A stretch of 64,000 nt of DNA from Turneriella sp. (GTDB taxonomy: Bacteria; Spirochaetota; Leptospiria; Turneriellales; Turneriellaceae). The notes under the pieces are model-generated. The model saw only the letters and a list, made by a program, of their open reading frames with translations. It had not been told where the DNA came from and did no database searches. The translations under genes were made by a program, and so were the position numbers. Shown in pieces: positions 59,690 to 64,000 of this stretch. Each line of letters begins with the position of its first letter. Within the stretch, counting starts at the first letter, position 1. The stretch spans positions 3,840,001 through 3,904,000 of the forward strand of contig CBDIID010000003.1 in NCBI GenBank assembly GCA_965279515.1, read 5' to 3'.

Positions 59690-60471
59690 GGATTCAGCCA
59701 GCGCCCGCCCTCGAGTTCTGTCTCATGACCTGTGAGAATTTTCGCGTTAGCAGGAATCGCGGCAATGAACCGGCGGTTGGCGTTTGAGTCGAACACCGCA
59801 CCAGCAGGTAGCGGTATCTGCGCTTTGCAACTCGCCGCAAAATAACATTCATCACCTGTAAAAATGAGCTCCTTTTCCCCGAGCTGCGCGCGTACAACCG
59901 TCGACCCCGGGGTATGCCCCATAACCGGCTCCAGATGAAGTCCTGAGGCCTCTGTACCTGACAGAATAGGTTGTAGCCTGCCCTGTGCCCTCAGAGCAGC
60001 GAAAACCGGCTTTAGGGCTTCCTCTTGCGGGCTGCTGATCTCTGCCTGGTGTACCCAAACCCGGGCATTGGGGAAGCGCCCGGCATCGAGCGCATGGTCG
60101 AAATGCGTGTGTGTCAGTATGATCGTATGGATTTTATCCGGGGTAATTCCGAGGCTTGCCAGAATGTCTGTCACAGAACGGAATTTTTCAATGCCAAAGC
60201 GCTTCAAAAGTTTCGCTTCGGAAAAACCACAATCGATGAGGGTGTGTTTACCATCGCCGTGTTCAATAAGATAGGCCAGCCAGTTCAGGCGAACGTTTTT
60301 TGCCCGGCTGGCGGTATTTACAAGTTTTGAGGGGTAATCACTTTTCCCATACTTCAATGCGTAGATTTTGAGGGGCGCACTCTTTTCCGCAGTTTCGGAT
60401 TTCTTAACGCGCCCGGGGCCGCAAGAACCTGCCGCCAGAAGACATCCTACTATAACCGCGGCAGATTTCAC
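59668..60471 (-). CDS. MBL-fold hydrolase lipoprotein (AHL-lactonase-like family)
   Basis: Lipobox AGSC; LIDCG, THTHFDH, GHTPGS, TGD and GH motifs. Confidence 0.85.
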   Translation of the reverse strand: MKSAAVIVGCLLAAGSCGPGRVKKSETAEKSAPLKIYALKYGKSDYPSKLVNTASRAKNVRLNWLAYLIEHGDGKHTLIDCGFSEAKLLKRFGIEKFRSVTDILASLGITPDKIHTIILTHTHFDHALDAGRFPNARVWVHQAEISSPQEEALKPVFAALRAQGRLQPILSGTEASGLHLEPVMGHTPGSTVVRAQLGEKELIFTGDECYFAASCKAQIPLPAGAVFDSNANRRFIAAIPANAKILTGHETELEGGRWLNPYVFFFF

Positions 60472-60486
60472 ACGCGGCCAGCTCCG

Positions 60487-62220
60487 TTAACGGTCTTGTT
60501 CGAGAATGCCCTTGGGTATCGCCGCGGGAATCTCAATCGTGCTGAAATCGGAACGCGGTTTTGATACCACGCGGTGCATCTTGAAATAATCCATATAATC
60601 GTAGTGCGGCAGCATCAGCTTCTTCTGGTAGTTGTATGCGCCGTGCACGACATAGTGCCAGAAGCCCTGCAAACCTTTGCGCCATTTCGGATGCCAAGGG
60701 TATTCGTGCACCGTGCGGAATGTGATCGAGGCCTCATCGAAGGGCAATGAAAGAATATTGCGCTTATAGTTCGAATTCGTTGTGCTGTAATCCCAGAACT
60801 CTTCGGCGTTCGACGGATAATAGACGCGGATCGGCACACCGAGCGCCTTCGCGGCCTTGCCGATCGAATGCATCGACTTATCTTTCAGCATGTCACCCGG
60901 CACGATTGCGATGCGGTTTTGCTGGTAGAGCAGGCGTATGTAACGGTAGTTCTCCGCGTAGCGCAGCCAGCCGAAATCTTTAGCGCCAGGGGCTGCATTT
61001 TTTTTGTAGTGTTTACCGAGCGACTCGGCGTTGTTGCGGTAGACTTGCTGGATGAAATCCACATCGTCGCGGTCGGCATAATGTTTCTTGATAATTTCGA
61101 GCGATGAGTTTTTGTTCTTTTTATCGAAACGTGCGAGAAAAGCAGGCACGGTTTCTGATTCGAGCATGAAGGCACGAATAATCCGATGCAGCGCGTTGAT
61201 ATTCACGTCGAAGTCGAAGAGCCAGACGAAGCGGCTTTTCGCGAGAGCGATATACGAATAGTTCGCATCTGCAGCGACACCTGCGTAACCGCCGCCGAGA
61301 TTACGCAGGTACGGTGCAAAGATATAGTTCTGCGATTCGTTCGGCGTAAAATAGGTCACGGGATCTTTGCAGTGCGCCGGCGAAGTATATTTGGCCTTGC
61401 AGATCGGCTTGTTGAGCGTATCGGTCGCTTCGAGATTGTGCAGTAGTGCCAGTTCACCTGAACTGGGCGGTGCCGGGTCTCCGAGCGGTGCCGGCGGCGT
61501 CTGTATCATCCACGCCGGAGTCTTTGTCGCAGGGTTATAATCCGACGCACAGCGGAAGGCAAGTTTTTTTTTCGCGTTGTAGGCCTGCGGCTCGACGGCA
61601 CCAGTGGCCGCATTGAAGGTCTGTTTAAATTTCAGCGTCTCATAAGGAAAGATGCCGCTGGCAACACCCATTGGGTTCGCGGGTTCGCAAATGTTTTTCT
61701 TTGCGGAAACACCCGAAAAAGATTTTACGGTAACAGCGCATTGCTCCCCGGCAACCGGTGTCCAGTCATTCGACCATTCGGTATAGTCGGTTTTTGTAAA
61801 ACCAGACTCTTCGGCGCCGGCCTTGAGCTCGGCGATTGTCGCTAGGCGGCCGCCTGCCCACGCGCAGTAGCGGTTCGCATGTTCAAAGGTTAGTCCCACC
61901 GCCGGCAGCGCGGGTTCTCCGCCGACACCCTTACCCTCGCAATGCCCGGCCGCGACACAGTCGCCGAATTCAGCGTTGGTTACCACGCGTGGGTCTAAAG
62001 ATACGGTATTCGAGACCGCACCGTTCAAATTGCGCCCGATGGCCTTTCCTGAAAGGCAAAGCTTGTTCGCATCACAGCTGTTCAGATCGCTTTTGGTGAA
62101 ACTAAAATCCGTCGCGGTGGCGTCGCTCGTGGTCTTCACCTTGCTCCCGGTCGAGGTGCAATGAAGCATAAACACAAAAATCCCCAGCGTAGCGCTCAGG
62201 CGTCGAAAAACTTGCGTCAT
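60487..62220 (-). CDS. Lipoprotein with degenerate FGE/SUMF1-like domain and C-terminal putative SAM-fold domain
   Basis: Lipobox FMLHC; VTNAEF..CV.AG.C, A..YCAWAGGRL.T..E, EW..DW and FRCA motifs. Confidence 0.7.
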   Translation of the reverse strand: MTQVFRRLSATLGIFVFMLHCTSTGSKVKTTSDATATDFSFTKSDLNSCDANKLCLSGKAIGRNLNGAVSNTVSLDPRVVTNAEFGDCVAAGHCEGKGVGGEPALPAVGLTFEHANRYCAWAGGRLATIAELKAGAEESGFTKTDYTEWSNDWTPVAGEQCAVTVKSFSGVSAKKNICEPANPMGVASGIFPYETLKFKQTFNAATGAVEPQAYNAKKKLAFRCASDYNPATKTPAWMIQTPPAPLGDPAPPSSGELALLHNLEATDTLNKPICKAKYTSPAHCKDPVTYFTPNESQNYIFAPYLRNLGGGYAGVAADANYSYIALAKSRFVWLFDFDVNINALHRIIRAFMLESETVPAFLARFDKKNKNSSLEIIKKHYADRDDVDFIQQVYRNNAESLGKHYKKNAAPGAKDFGWLRYAENYRYIRLLYQQNRIAIVPGDMLKDKSMHSIGKAAKALGVPIRVYYPSNAEEFWDYSTTNSNYKRNILSLPFDEASITFRTVHEYPWHPKWRKGLQGFWHYVVHGAYNYQKKLMLPHYDYMDYFKMHRVVSKPRSDFSTIEIPAAIPKGILEQDR

Positions 62221-62259
62221 CGGGTATTTAAGGTGATTTAGACACATCGTCAATCAGGT

Positions 62260-62351
62260 GGGCGTCCCCTCGCCGCGGGCGAGGTCGGGCTGCTCCGGGC
62301 TCGGCGGTCGCCTCGGTCGCTGCGCGACCAAGCCCTGCGCATCCCTGACGC
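62260..62351. repeat. GC-rich structured intergenic repeat-like element
   Basis: GCGTC...GACGC ends enclosing hairpins (CCTCGCC-GC-GGGCGAGG; GGTCGC-TGC-GCGACC). Confidence 0.45.
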
Positions 62352-62397
62352 AGGTTTGGTGTGGCGGCTTGCGAAATTTCAGGTTAAATCGATTTGT

Positions 62398-62955
62398 TTA
62401 GAAAGAGATGGGTTGATTTGGGGGTGGCCAGGGTAGAATTTCTGTTTTTTCGTGATATTCAAGGATTAAACCATCGTTTCTTTCCGTCTGGGACTGATAG
62501 CTAATAATGAAGTCCGCGGAATGGAGTCGCCGGGCGTATTTTTCCTGCCAAATGCGCGCATCTGAGGCGTCGCGACTACGGTACTCAAACCGGAGCCAAT
62601 ATTCAACGACGCGTGGCAGGTAGGTGGCGACCGAAAAGTCCATAAGCCGCGAGAGCGACATACCCGAATGGTGGCAACGTGCCCACGAAGCCGAGCGTAA
62701 CGATTCGCTGGAGTAAAAAGGAACGATCTGGTATTGTCCCCGGCGTTTATTGTATCTCCGGTTGCGGGTCGCAATAGAGCCATGGGAGCGCCAAAATTTA
62801 AGCGCAAGGCGCAAACATTCGCGAATCAGACGCTGCTCAGAAAAAAATAAGCCCCGTTGGTTCACCAGCTTGACCGCAGCTGCCAGCATCGCCCGTGTCG
62901 ATACGCGTAGCGTTACCGACGTATGGCGTATCGGCGAAAGATCAGTATGAGTCAT
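62398..62955 (-). CDS. DUF1564-like protein (Leptospiraceae-type)
   Basis: YN....Y...W..C..SGMSLSRL pattern; family recognised by eye only. Confidence 0.5.
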   Translation of the reverse strand: MTHTDLSPIRHTSVTLRVSTRAMLAAAVKLVNQRGLFFSEQRLIRECLRLALKFWRSHGSIATRNRRYNKRRGQYQIVPFYSSESLRSASWARCHHSGMSLSRLMDFSVATYLPRVVEYWLRFEYRSRDASDARIWQEKYARRLHSADFIISYQSQTERNDGLILEYHEKTEILPWPPPNQPISF

Positions 62956-63055
62956 ATAAAGAAATACCAGAAAACGCCCTGTTTTTCTCAGTGTTTAAGA
63001 ACTTCCGGGTTAGTGATAGTTCTTGACGAATTGTGCAGCGCGTCAAAACGGGTTG

Positions 63056-63349
63056 ATGGAGACTTTGCAGTCCTCTATCGCAGATGAGGAGATTGGGCCA
63101 CCCGATTATATCTACGATCTCATAAAAATCTCCCTTTTAGCGGCCGCCTGCGACGTCGAAAGCCTTATTGGTGCCGTCGAAATGGCGCGAGATCGCGGTG
63201 CCGATAACCGTGAGATCCTGCGTGCCATGTTTCGCAGCGACGAGGCATTCGGTACAGGTATTGAAAGTGTCGAGTTTTTGCGCCTTGCCGAATCGCTGCA
63301 AGCCGGGCGTTCGCCTTTACCGGTGCAGGCTGAACCCGTTTCCGCCTAA
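63056..63349 (+). CDS. Hypothetical acidic protein
   Basis: Short ORF ending immediately before the next ATG; start uncertain. Confidence 0.45.
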   Translation: METLQSSIADEEIGPPDYIYDLIKISLLAAACDVESLIGAVEMARDRGADNREILRAMFRSDEAFGTGIESVEFLRLAESLQAGRSPLPVQAEPVSA

Positions 63350-63350
63350 G

Positions 63351-64000
63351 ATGCGCATAGCGCGGATTTCCCTCCTCATCTTCTGTTTTGCCGTCTGCAA
63401 AGAATCGGCGCTCAAACTGACCGCAAGTCATGTTTCGCCTGAAACCGCGTTTCTGCTTGAGGCAGATAAGACAATCACGGGGGAGTTTAACGGCGCGGAC
63501 CAGAGTTTTTATGTGCGTGTTCGCCTCAAAGAAGCGGTCATGCTGCGCGCCGAACTTTCTGCCGCGCGCGGTGTGGACTCGTCTCTGGCAGTTCTCAATC
63601 CCCCAGATAAACTTCTTTTCGAAACTGACGATAACGGTTCTTCATTAGCTGAAGAAATTTCACCGGTCTACCTCCCGGCCGGCGACAGCATCATTCGTAT
63701 CCGTGGCAAGGGGGGAGAGCACTCGGCGTTTACATTCTTCTACCGCACGTTTAACGCACCGTCCGACATCGAGCGCGAACCGAACAATTCGCCTGAGACC
63801 GCCACCGCCATGGCGGGACTGCACGCCGCGGGTTTTTACGGACCTGAACTTGACCGGCGCGGTCAGGTACGCGAGCGTGAGAAGGATTGTTTTGTGAAAG
63901 AGATCGCGGCCAGCGAAAAGAAAGCACTCAATCTGAAACTCACTGGTGTTGAAGGTGTACTGAGTTCCATCGTCATTCGCGGAGCCGATGGCAAAGAAAT
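63351..64000 (+). CDS. Lipoprotein with PPC-like domain, truncated by the window end (absent from the ORF track)
   Basis: MRIARISLLIFCFAVC signal; TDDNGS and EREPNNSPETA motifs; no stop seen in the portion translated. Confidence 0.7.
   Translation, partial: MRIARISLLIFCFAVCKESALKLTASHVSPETAFLLEADKTITGEFNGADQSFYVRVRLKEAVMLRAELSAARGVDSSLAVLNPPDKLLFETDDNGSSLAEEISPVYLPAGDSIIRIRGKGGEHSAFTFFYRTFNAPSDIEREPNNSPETATAMAGLHAAGFYGPELDRRGQVREREKDCFVKEIAASEKKALNLKLTGVEGVLSSIVIRGADGKE

Overview
A 64-kb chromosomal window from a GC-rich spirochete. Gene content (Loa22-like OmpA lipoprotein, DUF1564-like protein, many spirochete-type lipoproteins) suggests Leptospiraceae, possibly Turneriella; this is inference. 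Housekeeping and accessory genes include mazG, cysQ, cysE, mdh, gatA, hisS, a CapD-like dehydratase, and a complete kdpFABC-kdpDE locus with an adjacent P-II and a CPA2 antiporter. Two loci stand out. (1) At 21.2-34.3 kb, two paralogous giant lipoproteins built from 13-residue helical repeats and Gly/Thr/Cys-rich beta-repeat inserts flank four translationally coupled predicted outer-membrane beta-barrels in an A-B-A-B paralog pattern. The first giant gene is frameshifted by an exact 7-bp tandem duplication. I recognise no described system with this architecture. (2) At 53.5-57.0 kb is a bufferin-like RiPP operon: a Cys-rich exported precursor, a DUF692/MNIO enzyme fused to a DUF2063-like domain, an ECF sigma, a zinc anti-sigma, an unknown membrane protein and a candidate ECF promoter. 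The window also has two MITE-like elements and REP-like palindromes inserted in frame in a signal peptide. No rRNA, tRNA, CRISPR array or transposase was recognised. Domain calls come from motif recognition by eye, not from database searches.
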